In this document: one piece after another, positions 8,447 to 16,950 of the stretch | How positions within the stretch are numbered: the stretch's first letter is position 1 | Layout: each line of letters starts with the position of its first letter | IMG/VR virus record: IMGVR_UViG_3300020440_001305 | Span: 1 to 24,743 of that record | DNA from: a virus | Taxonomy: Duplodnaviria; Caudoviricetes | DNA: 24,743 nucleotides | Strand: one strand, 5' to 3' | Translations under genes and position numbers: made by a program | The notes under the pieces: generated by a model | Told to the model about the DNA's origin: nothing | Seen by the model: the letters and a program-made list of their open reading frames with translations, nothing else | Databases searched by the model: none

Positions 8447-10212
8447 TGGCATACGATAGTAACATAAATCCAGGTAATCCACCATTAGTGTGGAGCAGAA
8501 TAAAAGAAGCATTTGATAAAGTAAATCAAAACTTTACAATTATTGGTTCATCATTAGCACGAGAAAGAAAATTATTTGTTTCTCATATAGAATCAGGAAC
8601 TGCAGACAGTAATCCAATACGTATTGTTACAACAGAGATGCACGATCTTAGAGATAATCAGATTGTGTTTATTTTTGATACTGGCATTTCGCAACTTGAT
8701 AACAGAGAATTATATGTAAGAAAAGAAAGTGATACTGAAGTACTATTATATGAAGACCAACTATTAACAATACCAGTTGACGGCACAACATATGATACAT
8801 ATTCATCAGGTGGCGGTAACATTCAGGGTGGTTCAGAATATGCCGGAACTGATTTTGAAAATTTAGCAACAAATGTTTCACCAAACGCTGTTGCAACATT
8901 TAACTTAGGTAGTGTTACTAAACCGTGGAAGTCATTATACACAGCAGAACATGCCGACGATGATGCTAACGCATTCAACGGTGTGTGGCTAGGTTCTGCA
9001 CAAATTAAAGGTAAGTCTGGAGGCATAATTGATTTACCATTAGGTTCTACTGTAAACGGAGAACTAATTATTAATCCATCTCAAACGTTCTTCAAGAGCG
9101 TGCAAGTGGACAGCGGCAATCAAGTAGTAGCAGATGATTTTGTAGATACACTTAATCTAATAAGCGGTACAGCAATTAGTATGGCTGTAGACAGTTCTGC
9201 AGAAAGTATTACAATTACAAATGCAGGTGTTACACAGGCAACAGCAGGACTAGGTATAAGTGTAAGTTCAGGAACAGGAAACGTAACTGTAACAAATTCA
9301 GGTGTAAGAAGTTTACAAAGTGTAACAGCATTGCCAAGCGGTAGAACAGAAGGTGCTGGTATTAATGTTGATAATAGTACTGGAGACAACGTAAAAATTA
9401 CAAACACAGGTGTATTAGAAATACAACCAGGTAGTGCTGCATTAACAGTGTTTACTGATGATGCAACTGGTATTGTAACTATCACTAATGCTGCTCCGGC
9501 AGGTAATGCATATAGAACTATAGATGTTGGCGGTACTGGAACCACACTAGTAACTGCACCTACAATTGCTGGAACATTGAAAGTACTAGAAGGAAATGGA
9601 ATTACACTATCAGGTAATGATGGTTTACAAACATTAGAAATAGCATTTAGTGGAAAAGCAGATATTACAGGAAGTGTGTTTAGTGACGATTCAACATTAT
9701 TAGTTAATGCAGTTGATGGTAATATTCCATGGAGCGTGATTGCAAACGCACCTTCATTCTTAACAAGTGTTGCATTTGGTGATCTTACAAGCACTCCTAC
9801 AACACTTGCAGGATATGGCATTACAGATGCAGCAACCAGTGCGCAGGGTGCTCTTGCTGATACAGCAGTTCAACCAGGTGATGCATTAACAGGCACACTT
9901 GACGGTGACATAACTGGTAGTGTATTTGCTGACGACTCAACATTACTAATTGATGGTGTTGACGGAAAAATTGTAGGTCCGATTGAATCAGATAATATTA
10001 GAGGAACACTTATAGGAACAGTATATGCTGATGACTCAACAGAAATTATTGATGCAGAAGGTACTGTATTAGGAACAATTGCTCCTGGTGCAGCAGCACC
10101 TAGTTCAGAAACAGAAGCAGCACCTATAGGTGAAATTAGAGTTGATGACAATTATGTCTATGTCCGCAAGAGTACGGGCTGGGGCAGAATTTCAATTGGC
10201 GGTTGGGTATAG
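8446..10212 (+). CDS. 588-aa tail fibre-like protein
   Basis: N-terminal IKEAFDKVNQNF motif; G/T/S-rich repeats (ITITNAGV, VTVTNSGV, VKITNTGV); PTTLAGYGITDA fibre motif; TAATG coupling to the upstream gene. Confidence 0.8.
   Translation: MAYDSNINPGNPPLVWSRIKEAFDKVNQNFTIIGSSLARERKLFVSHIESGTADSNPIRIVTTEMHDLRDNQIVFIFDTGISQLDNRELYVRKESDTEVLLYEDQLLTIPVDGTTYDTYSSGGGNIQGGSEYAGTDFENLATNVSPNAVATFNLGSVTKPWKSLYTAEHADDDANAFNGVWLGSAQIKGKSGGIIDLPLGSTVNGELIINPSQTFFKSVQVDSGNQVVADDFVDTLNLISGTAISMAVDSSAESITITNAGVTQATAGLGISVSSGTGNVTVTNSGVRSLQSVTALPSGRTEGAGINVDNSTGDNVKITNTGVLEIQPGSAALTVFTDDATGIVTITNAAPAGNAYRTIDVGGTGTTLVTAPTIAGTLKVLEGNGITLSGNDGLQTLEIAFSGKADITGSVFSDDSTLLVNAVDGNIPWSVIANAPSFLTSVAFGDLTSTPTTLAGYGITDAATSAQGALADTAVQPGDALTGTLDGDITGSVFADDSTLLIDGVDGKIVGPIESDNIRGTLIGTVYADDSTEIIDAEGTVLGTIAPGAAAPSSETEAAPIGEIRVDDNYVYVRKSTGWGRISIGGWV
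9661..10053 (+). repeat. Three GSVF(S/A)DDSTLL-type repeats in the 588-aa fibre
   Basis: DITGSVFSDDSTLLVNAVDG (9661), DITGSVFADDSTLLIDGVDG (9907), GTLIGTVYADDSTEIID (10003). Confidence 0.75.
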
Positions 10213-10222
10213 GAGCGGATAG

Positions 10223-10477
10223 ATGGCAAAACTAACAGTAAACATTGGCTCTAGCGCAAACGACAGAACGGGTGATAACCTACGCACAGCGTTTAACAAG
10301 ATTAACCAAAACTTTGATGAAGTATATATTGGGCCTCCACAACTTACGCAGGCTGAAATAGATGCACTCACACCAGTTTTTGGTATGATGGTTTACAATA
10401 CAACAACAGGTAAATTTCAAGGTTATGCTGCTGATGCAAATAATGACAGTGCGGCAGGGTGGGCAGATCTCCACTAA
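10223..10477 (+). CDS. 84-aa minimal fibre/baseplate-type protein
   Basis: NIGSSANDRTGDNLRTAFNKINQNFDEVY motif plus LTQAEIDAL..GMMVYNTTTGKFQGY fibre-type motif; AGGAG RBS. Confidence 0.75.
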   Translation: MAKLTVNIGSSANDRTGDNLRTAFNKINQNFDEVYIGPPQLTQAEIDALTPVFGMMVYNTTTGKFQGYAADANNDSAAGWADLH

Positions 10478-10480
10478 ATA
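10475..10480 (+). promoter_or_regulatory. Late promoter core TAAATA overlapping the upstream stop codon
   Basis: CTAAATA, 18 nt before ATG 10499, with AGGA RBS in between. Confidence 0.45.
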
Positions 10481-10498
10481 TAGATATAGGAAAGCAAA

Positions 10499-11074
10499 AT
10501 GGCAGATTTACAAACAATTAATGTAGGAAACTTAGTAAACGATGGGCTTGGCGATGACCTAAGAACCGCGTTTCTAAAAGTTAATGCTAATTTTTCTGAA
10601 CTTAATACAGGACTTACAATTACAGCATCTAATAGTGGACTTGGTGCAGGTGTATTTAAACAGAAAACAAATAATGATTTAGAATTTAAATCACTTGTAA
10701 GTGGTACAAAAATCCTCATTGAGGAATCTGCAGATGTTCTTACTATTAATACAACACAAGAAGATGCTTTTATAAGATTTGATACCGACAGCGGTAGCAT
10801 GTTAGCATCAAATCATGAACAAATAACACTACAAGGAATAGCAGCACCTGGTTCTGAAACTGGAGTAAAAGATATAGAAGTAACAACTTCAGGCAGTGCA
10901 GTAAATTTTAAAACAATTATTCCTGTCACTGAGTATTTGCAAACTTATGATTTTGGCTCTATCAATGGTGTATATCAAAATGCAGTACAGTTAGCAATGC
11001 AAACAGCAAATATAGATTTTGGAACACTAACATTTACATCAGATATTGACCTCGATTGTGGCGGTCTAACCTAG
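10499..11074 (+). CDS. 191-aa baseplate/fibre-associated structural protein
   Basis: INVGNLVNDGLGDDLRTAFLKVNANFSEL motif; GVFKQK...LEFKSLVSG motif seen in phage fibre proteins. Confidence 0.75.
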   Translation: MADLQTINVGNLVNDGLGDDLRTAFLKVNANFSELNTGLTITASNSGLGAGVFKQKTNNDLEFKSLVSGTKILIEESADVLTINTTQEDAFIRFDTDSGSMLASNHEQITLQGIAAPGSETGVKDIEVTTSGSAVNFKTIIPVTEYLQTYDFGSINGVYQNAVQLAMQTANIDFGTLTFTSDIDLDCGGLT

Positions 11075-11088
11075 GAGGATAACCACAC

Positions 11089-13623
11089 ATGGCAGTGACT
11101 TGGATAACGCCAGCAGGAGACCTAGGAACACTTGAAGAAAGAATTATTACTTCAGTCTCTATAGAAGCAACAACAGATACAAACAATGCAATAGAATATT
11201 CTGTTATAGCAGGAGAACTTCCTAAAGGCATGTTACTATCTGGTAGCACTATTAAGGGATCACCAGCGGAAGTAACGAAATTTACAGAATATAGATTTGT
11301 AATCCGTGCCGACGATAACGATAAAGAAAAAGACAGAACTTTTAAAATAAGTGTAAATGGTGCAGACATTCCTGAATGGATTACAAAAGCAGGTTTTTTA
11401 AACGTTGGGCCAGGACAGGCATATTTTGTCCTTGATGATGCACCGGTAGACTTTCAGTTAGAGGCAACAGATGATGATGTTGTAGCGGGAGAAAGTCTTG
11501 AATATTATCTAGTTCCTAACAGTGGAATACTGCCATATGGTCTAAAACTTTCAAAGACAGGACGTATAAGCGGATTCACACAACCTATACCTGCCATTGA
11601 TTATACAACATCAATAACAGGAGCATATGATACTGCTAGTTTTGATACAGTGCCTTTAGACATAGCACAAAACAACAGTCTAGGTTTTGATTCTTTTTTT
11701 TACGATAATCAATATTACGACTACGGCGAACAAGGAATTGTTCCAAAAAAATTAAGTAGAGTTTATACATTTGGTATAGCAATTACAGATGGAATAAATG
11801 CAGTCAACAGAATATTTAAAATATATGTTGTTTCAGAAGAATTTTTGAGAGCAGACAACACATTGGTACAAGTTGATACAAATCTTTTCCAAGCAGATGC
11901 AACCAGCAACAGAGTTCCTTTTTGGATTACAGACTCATATTTAGGAAGATACAGGGCAAATAATTACATCACATTGTTCTTAGATGTTTATGATCCGCCA
12001 ACACTTTCAGGTGTAATAAGTTATTTTATTGTTGATAATAATCCTGACGGAACTCCTAGTACATTACCTCCTGGACTTACGATAGATAACACAACTGGTG
12101 AACTTGCAGGTAAGGTTCCATACCAGGCTGCTGTTACAAAAACTTATCAATTTACTCTTAAAGCAGTAAACTTTCCAGCAAGTATAGCACAACAGAATTA
12201 CACACTTGTTGGTGATTGGAGTTCTACAAGATTTTATGAAACAGATGAAGCAGTTAGATATGACGGATTTGTATATGTTTGTAAACAAGAAAACATAAAT
12301 CAATTGCCAATCACACCCAATAGTATATACTGGGAACTTGGGGTAGGAACTACTGACAAAACGTTTACAGTAGACATAATAGGCGAAATAGATAGCAGTA
12401 TAGAATGGAACACTGATAGTGATTTGGGTATAATCAAACCTAACCAACCTAGTAGAAAAGCCGTTGAAGCAACAAGTTTATTATACGGCGGTAGAGTGAG
12501 TTATACTATTACGTCAGGAGAGTTACCTCCTGGATTAGAGTTTTTATCAAACGGAAATATTACTGGCAAAGTTACACAATTTGCTGATGCAGACCAACAA
12601 GGACTAACAAGATTTTTTGATAGAGATAGTAGCACTGTAGACAGCACAGGAACTATTTCCTACAATACAAAATTTGATACATCTACTACTACATATGATA
12701 AAGTTTACACTTTTACAGTGGAAGCATCTGATTCATCTGGACTTGCAAAAGACACTAAAACATTTACAATTAAAGTAGTTGCAGACAGTCAAAAATCTTT
12801 TGCAAATATTTTTGTTAAAGCATTCCAAAATAAAGATAAAAGACTTAATTGGTTTAACTTTATTACAGATGCAACTATTTTTGTGCCTGACGATATCTAC
12901 AGATACGGAGATACAAATTTTGGTATACAAACAGAAATAAAAAGTTTAATATTTGCAGGAATAGAAAGCACTTCTGCAACTCCTGTTGTACAGGCATTGA
13001 GTAGGAATCATTACAACAAACGTTTTACTTTTGGACCTATTAAAAAAGCACAAGCGAAAGACTCTACTACGCAACAAGTATTATATGAAGTGGTATATGT
13101 TGATTTAGTAGATGAATATGAAAAAGATAACAAAAGTATTTCTAGTGAAATAAATCTTCCAGACAATAGCAATAGCAAAGTTCTTGTTAGTTATGATAAT
13201 ATCACTATAGATAGCGATATTCCGTATGCAAGTGATGCTGATCTACAAAGGGTTTTTCCTAATTCTGTAAAAAATATGCGAAAAAGAATATCCGAAATAG
13301 GAGAAAGAGATAGAGAATTTTTACCATTGTGGATGAGAAGCATTCAACAAACAAGCACCTATGAATTGGGTTTTACAAAAGCCCTTGTGCTTTGTTATGC
13401 AAATCCTAATAGAGCAGATTCAATTATAAGTAGAATTAAATCTAGTGGTTTTGACTTTAAAACTATTGACTTTACTGCTGATAGATACATAATTGATATA
13501 TTAAACGGACAAATACAAGACACTTATGTGCAGTTTCCACAAGATAAAATAACAAATCATGCTAATAACGCATCAAAATCTACAGAAGAAAAGCCATTCG
13601 CTCAGAAAAACATTCCGAGCTAG
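11089..13623 (+). CDS. 844-aa structural protein with putative Ig (He_PIG/cadherin-like) repeats and a CBM5/12-like insert
   Basis: GELPKGMLL..TIKG, GILPYGLKL..GRISG, TLPPGLTI..GELAG and GELPPGLEF..GNITG repeats; W...RFY..DEAVRYDGFVYVC...YWE module; AGGAGG RBS. Confidence 0.75.
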   Translation: MAVTWITPAGDLGTLEERIITSVSIEATTDTNNAIEYSVIAGELPKGMLLSGSTIKGSPAEVTKFTEYRFVIRADDNDKEKDRTFKISVNGADIPEWITKAGFLNVGPGQAYFVLDDAPVDFQLEATDDDVVAGESLEYYLVPNSGILPYGLKLSKTGRISGFTQPIPAIDYTTSITGAYDTASFDTVPLDIAQNNSLGFDSFFYDNQYYDYGEQGIVPKKLSRVYTFGIAITDGINAVNRIFKIYVVSEEFLRADNTLVQVDTNLFQADATSNRVPFWITDSYLGRYRANNYITLFLDVYDPPTLSGVISYFIVDNNPDGTPSTLPPGLTIDNTTGELAGKVPYQAAVTKTYQFTLKAVNFPASIAQQNYTLVGDWSSTRFYETDEAVRYDGFVYVCKQENINQLPITPNSIYWELGVGTTDKTFTVDIIGEIDSSIEWNTDSDLGIIKPNQPSRKAVEATSLLYGGRVSYTITSGELPPGLEFLSNGNITGKVTQFADADQQGLTRFFDRDSSTVDSTGTISYNTKFDTSTTTYDKVYTFTVEASDSSGLAKDTKTFTIKVVADSQKSFANIFVKAFQNKDKRLNWFNFITDATIFVPDDIYRYGDTNFGIQTEIKSLIFAGIESTSATPVVQALSRNHYNKRFTFGPIKKAQAKDSTTQQVLYEVVYVDLVDEYEKDNKSISSEINLPDNSNSKVLVSYDNITIDSDIPYASDADLQRVFPNSVKNMRKRISEIGERDREFLPLWMRSIQQTSTYELGFTKALVLCYANPNRADSIISRIKSSGFDFKTIDFTADRYIIDILNGQIQDTYVQFPQDKITNHANNASKSTEEKPFAQKNIPS

Positions 13624-13633
13624 ATTGCAATAT

Positions 13634-13641
13634 GATAAATA
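13634..13641 (+). promoter_or_regulatory. Late promoter GATAAATA
   Basis: Intergenic, 27 nt before GTG 13669, followed by GGAG RBS. Confidence 0.6.
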
Positions 13642-13668
13642 TATACTGAATACAACGGAGATAATAAC

Positions 13669-14283
13669 GTGGCAAGATCAAATAACAGTTTAATAAACTA
13701 CCTAAGTATTAATGAAAACTTTCCTGTGGCAGGGCAGGATAATGACACACAAGTTTTTAGAGATAATGCAGATACAATAAAAACAAGTTTAAGAAGCGCA
13801 AAAGACGAACTGACAGATATCCTTACAAATGCTGCGTTTAAGGATGAAGATAATGATTTTGAACTTAAATCAATTTCTAGAGCCGTACTTCTTAACAATA
13901 GAGTAGGTAAATTTGACGGTGGATCTGTAGATGCATCTCCTACTACAATCGATTATAAAAATGGCGATTACCAAATATATAGAATAGGCGCCAGTATGAA
14001 TATAGACTTTTTAAATTTTCCTGGTGATCCTGTATATACAGGCGAGTCAACTCCTATCGGAATGGGAAAAGTAACACTTGAATTATATAGCGATGGGTCA
14101 TCTAGAACTGTAAACTTTTTAACTTCCGGCGGTACAATTATTAAAAGCAAAGACTTCCCAGGTTACACAAGCGGCGGAACTCCTGTACTAACGTTGACTT
14201 CAGCAACAGATCCAGTTATTATTGAAGTATTCAGACACAGCACTGCGGTCATATACATGAGATATATTGGCGCATTTGCATAA
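13669..14283 (+). CDS. 204-aa probable virion protein
   Basis: GTG start with GGAG RBS; INENFPVAGQDNDTQVFRDN N-terminus, a helical segment and a beta-rich C-terminus; late promoter upstream. Confidence 0.65.
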   Translation: MARSNNSLINYLSINENFPVAGQDNDTQVFRDNADTIKTSLRSAKDELTDILTNAAFKDEDNDFELKSISRAVLLNNRVGKFDGGSVDASPTTIDYKNGDYQIYRIGASMNIDFLNFPGDPVYTGESTPIGMGKVTLELYSDGSSRTVNFLTSGGTIIKSKDFPGYTSGGTPVLTLTSATDPVIIEVFRHSTAVIYMRYIGAFA

Positions 14284-14519
14284 TGTTTCACCCATTCCAA
14301 GAAGACCCAAAAAAACTATCGGAAACTGAATTAACACAAAAAATATCCGAATTGGGCAAAAAATATACCCAAGCCGCACGTTTAGGCAAAGGTGAACTGT
14401 TGACACAGATCCAAACATTTGTTACAATATATAGAGATGAATTACGTAGAAGAGCAATGCAACCTATTAAAACAAATGATGAAGATAAGGATTTGGATCA
14501 ACTAATAAATGTCGACTAA
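14283..14519 (+). CDS. 78-aa helical hypothetical protein
   Basis: TAATG coupling to the upstream gene; overlaps the next start; amphipathic helical pattern. Confidence 0.7.
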   Translation: MFHPFQEDPKKLSETELTQKISELGKKYTQAARLGKGELLTQIQTFVTIYRDELRRRAMQPIKTNDEDKDLDQLINVD

Positions 14520-14964
14520 CACAATCACAGAAGTAATTGAAGGTATTAAAAAACACGGTCCTGAAATATTGGAACACTGTGTAATTGATAATGCTGATCA
14601 ATATCTAGAAAAAATAAACAAAGAGTTTTTAAACTATCCGAGACCAAAAAATAAATTAGATACAAATAATTGGTTTATGCCTGATAACTATAAAAACATG
14701 GACATTGAAAAGTATGTTCTAATGCAGTGCAAAACAGATGAACAAATAGAACGAGTTACTATAGAACTAGAAGAATTTAGACAAAGAAATCTTACAATGC
14801 TACTAAGACAGGTAAAATATATAGTAGATACATTAAGATCAAATAATATTGTTTGGGGTGTAGGTAGAGGCTCAAGTGTAGCAAGTCTTGTGCTTCACAT
14901 ATTAGGGGTCCATAAGATTGATCCGATTAAATACAATATACCACTTAACGAATTCTTTAAATAA
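14509..14964 (+). CDS. dnaE: Stand-alone fragment of DNA polymerase III alpha (family C), palm region with GRGS motif
   Basis: ERVTIELEEF...IVWGVGRGSSVASLVLHILGVHKIDPIKYNIPLNEFFK aligns without gaps to DnaE ERLETELQVI...[37 protein letters not shown] (E. coli sequence recalled from memory). Confidence 0.85.
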   Translation: MSTNTITEVIEGIKKHGPEILEHCVIDNADQYLEKINKEFLNYPRPKNKLDTNNWFMPDNYKNMDIEKYVLMQCKTDEQIERVTIELEEFRQRNLTMLLRQVKYIVDTLRSNNIVWGVGRGSSVASLVLHILGVHKIDPIKYNIPLNEFFK

Positions 14965-14974
14965 GGAGACTAAT

Positions 14975-15205
14975 ATGGCTAGAACAGTAAAAAGCATGCG
15001 CGGCAAAGAGATTGATATGGAAAAACTTAATCTTAAAAATGAAACTTTACCAGCAGTTGGTAATATGAAAGTAAATGCTCGCGGTGATGAAATTGGCAAG
15101 GGTGGAAAAGTAGTTAGAACAAGAGAAGATATTCTCAAAGATTACTATGAGAAAAACCCTAGAGCAATTGAAGAAGAAGTTGTAAATAGATCGAAGAAAT
15201 CATAG
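14975..15205 (+). CDS. 76-aa basic hypothetical protein (MARTVKSMRGKEIDM...)
   Basis: AAGGAG RBS at 14963-14968 favours ATG 14975 over track start 14918; AVGNMKVNARGD motif. Confidence 0.75.
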   Translation: MARTVKSMRGKEIDMEKLNLKNETLPAVGNMKVNARGDEIGKGGKVVRTREDILKDYYEKNPRAIEEEVVNRSKKS

Positions 15206-15219
15206 AAAGGTAACTGCAT

Positions 15220-15612
15220 ATGATCAAAGGTAAAATTAAAGCAATCCGTGGGGATGTTTTGGTCCATAATATGCATTTTGGAGAAACCAAAACAGCAGGC
15301 GGCATTATAATTCAATCAGACGATGCTAAAGCTCATGGTGTCAAACCTCGATGGGCTCAGGTGTATGCAAAAGGACACGAAAACAAAGACCCATACAATG
15401 TAGGCGATTGGATACTAATCGAACACGGTCGCTGGACACGTAAAATCAAAGTTCAAAACGAACATGACGACGAAATAGAATTACAAAAAGTTGAAACAGA
15501 TTCAATCCTTGCTTGGCAAGATGAGAAGCCTGTAGATCTTGCGTACTTTGGTCAAGAGTATTCAGACGGATCTAAAGCAACTTTCGACGCCAGCATGTTC
15601 GGTGCTAATTAG
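15220..15612 (+). CDS. groES: Co-chaperonin GroES (Cpn10)-like protein with C-terminal extension
   Basis: IKAIRGDVLV, mobile loop ETKTAGGIII, V.A.G, VGDWIL and ETDSILA match the Cpn10 pattern. Confidence 0.85.
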   Translation: MIKGKIKAIRGDVLVHNMHFGETKTAGGIIIQSDDAKAHGVKPRWAQVYAKGHENKDPYNVGDWILIEHGRWTRKIKVQNEHDDEIELQKVETDSILAWQDEKPVDLAYFGQEYSDGSKATFDASMFGAN

Positions 15613-15797
15613 TAACTATAAACTTTTTCTGGACACAATCTAAATGTTAAGGCCTTTCTTGGGCCTTTAGTTGTGTTTATGGATACCTCCCCGGATTTTG
15701 GATGGAATTCAATTTTGGTAATTTTTGCTTTACTGTTGTTTTTTCCAACAAGGATTTCTTGGCCTACTTCAAGGCTTACATTAAGATTTTTAATCAT
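15609..15797 (-). CDS. 62-aa small beta-rich (SH3/KOW-like) protein
   Basis: MIKNLNVSLEVGQEILVGK...; AAGGAGA RBS before ATG 15797 and TAAATA at 15833-15838 favour this start over 15857. Confidence 0.7.
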   Translation of the reverse strand: MIKNLNVSLEVGQEILVGKNNSKAKITKIEFHPKSGEVSINTTKGPRKALTFRLCPEKVYSY

Positions 15798-15832
15798 GGG
15801 ATTCTCCTTTTTCATAACGAATGTTATAAAAA

Positions 15833-15838
15833 TATTTA
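15833..15838 (-). promoter_or_regulatory. Late promoter core TAAATA
   Basis: GTAAATA on - strand upstream of the 62-aa gene. Confidence 0.55.
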
Positions 15839-15847
15839 CCATAATAC

Positions 15848-15876
15848 TTGACAACAATAAACAGATAGTATATAAT
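15848..15876 (+). promoter_or_regulatory. Consensus sigma70 (early) promoter
   Basis: TTGACA (15848-15853), 17-nt spacer, TATAAT (15871-15876); intergenic, ahead of AAGGAG RBS and ATG 15907. Confidence 0.9.
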
Positions 15877-15906
15877 AAACTATAATAACGCTAACAAGGA
15901 GTTATA

Positions 15907-16164
15907 ATGTTAACAGCAGTATTGGTAACAATTGCAAGTTTGTTTATGTACGATAATTCTGCTTTTTTCGCACAAGTCAAAGAAGAACGCGAATTAGGAT
16001 ATAGATTTGAATACGTTGGTAAACAACCAGCAGATGACTACAAATATAGTATCCCTGTAATTAATGAAGCAACAGGTGAAAAGTTCATCTATTGGGAACA
16101 CAAAATCCCTAAGGATTATTGTTCAGACGATGGTTGTCCAGAGTTCAAAGAACTATCAAAATAA
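15907..16164 (+). CDS. 85-aa hypothetical protein with hydrophobic N-terminus
   Basis: AAGGAG RBS; N-terminal LTAVLVTIASLFM segment; two C-terminal Cys. Confidence 0.7.
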   Translation: MLTAVLVTIASLFMYDNSAFFAQVKEERELGYRFEYVGKQPADDYKYSIPVINEATGEKFIYWEHKIPKDYCSDDGCPEFKELSK

Positions 16165-16177
16165 AGAGGAGTAAAAA

Positions 16178-16591
16178 TTGGCACAAGTTGACCTAAACAA
16201 GTACAAAGAATTTGTACAAGAAGTAACATCAAAAGAAAGCAATCAACTTAGTGAAATGTTTTATAGGGCCAAGGATGTAGAAACTGCCAACCCTAATATT
16301 AACATAGCACTACTATTGACAGGTGCAATTGGTATTGCATCAGAAGGAGGAGAATTTAGTGAAATCGTTAAAAAAGTTATATTCCAAGGTAAACCTATGG
16401 ACAATGAAACTGTCTTTCATTGTAAGCGAGAACTTGGCGATATTTTATGGTATTGGATTAATAGTTGCCGTGCTTTGGATCTTGATCCTAATGAGGTAGT
16501 GGCAGAAAATGTAAACAAACTGAAAGCAAGATATCCCGGAGGAGAGTTTGACGTACACTATTCTGAGAATAGAAAAGATGGAGACTTGTAG
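16178..16591 (+). CDS. mazG: MazG-like nucleotide pyrophosphohydrolase
   Basis: GIASEGGEFSEIVKK, RELGDILWY and N..KLKARYP motifs; TTG start with GAGGAG RBS. Confidence 0.9.
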   Translation: MAQVDLNKYKEFVQEVTSKESNQLSEMFYRAKDVETANPNINIALLLTGAIGIASEGGEFSEIVKKVIFQGKPMDNETVFHCKRELGDILWYWINSCRALDLDPNEVVAENVNKLKARYPGGEFDVHYSENRKDGDL

Positions 16592-16950
16592 TGTCTGACC
16601 AAAATAAGATTTACAGTAACGGATTAAAATTTAAATCTTTAAATATAGAAGGCACTGTTGTTAAAAAAGACGATAGATATATCGTAAAAGACAATACTGT
16701 CTTAAAAAATCTTATTGTAAGTAGCACCAGATTAAATCCAAAGAAAAGTACATCAGGACACTTCCACAAAGGACAAGAAGAAGTCTATATGTTTCTAGAA
16801 GGTCATGGCACTATGGAACTTGATGGTGTTATGCATAAAGTAGAAGCGGGCGATACAGTCCTAATACAAGATGGAGTTTTCCATCGTGTTCATGCAGATA
16901 CAGTCGAACTATATTTTGTATGTATATTTGATGGAAGGAGAACCGTTTGA
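16591..16950 (+). CDS. Cupin-domain protein (metal-binding)
   Basis: GHFH...EEVYMFLEGHG...GDTVLI..GVFHRV cupin motifs 1 and 2; GTG start with GGAG RBS. Confidence 0.85.
   Translation: MSDQNKIYSNGLKFKSLNIEGTVVKKDDRYIVKDNTVLKNLIVSSTRLNPKKSTSGHFHKGQEEVYMFLEGHGTMELDGVMHKVEAGDTVLIQDGVFHRVHADTVELYFVCIFDGRRTV

Noticed and set aside
9661-10053. Fibre repeats as a diversity-generating retroelement TR/VR pair
   Set aside because: The repeats are in-frame protein repeats differing at all base types, and no reverse transcriptase is in the window.
1627-14418. Many minus-strand and alternate-frame ORFs of 60-233 aa over the structural genes (e.g. 9120-9821)
   Set aside because: They are shadows of long plus-strand genes with biased codon use, and show no recognisable motifs.
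14918-15205. Possible +1 frameshift fusing the DnaE fragment to the next ORF, whose frame is open from 14918
   Set aside because: The downstream protein has no DnaE motif (no PDxDxD) and has its own AAGGAG RBS at ATG 14975.
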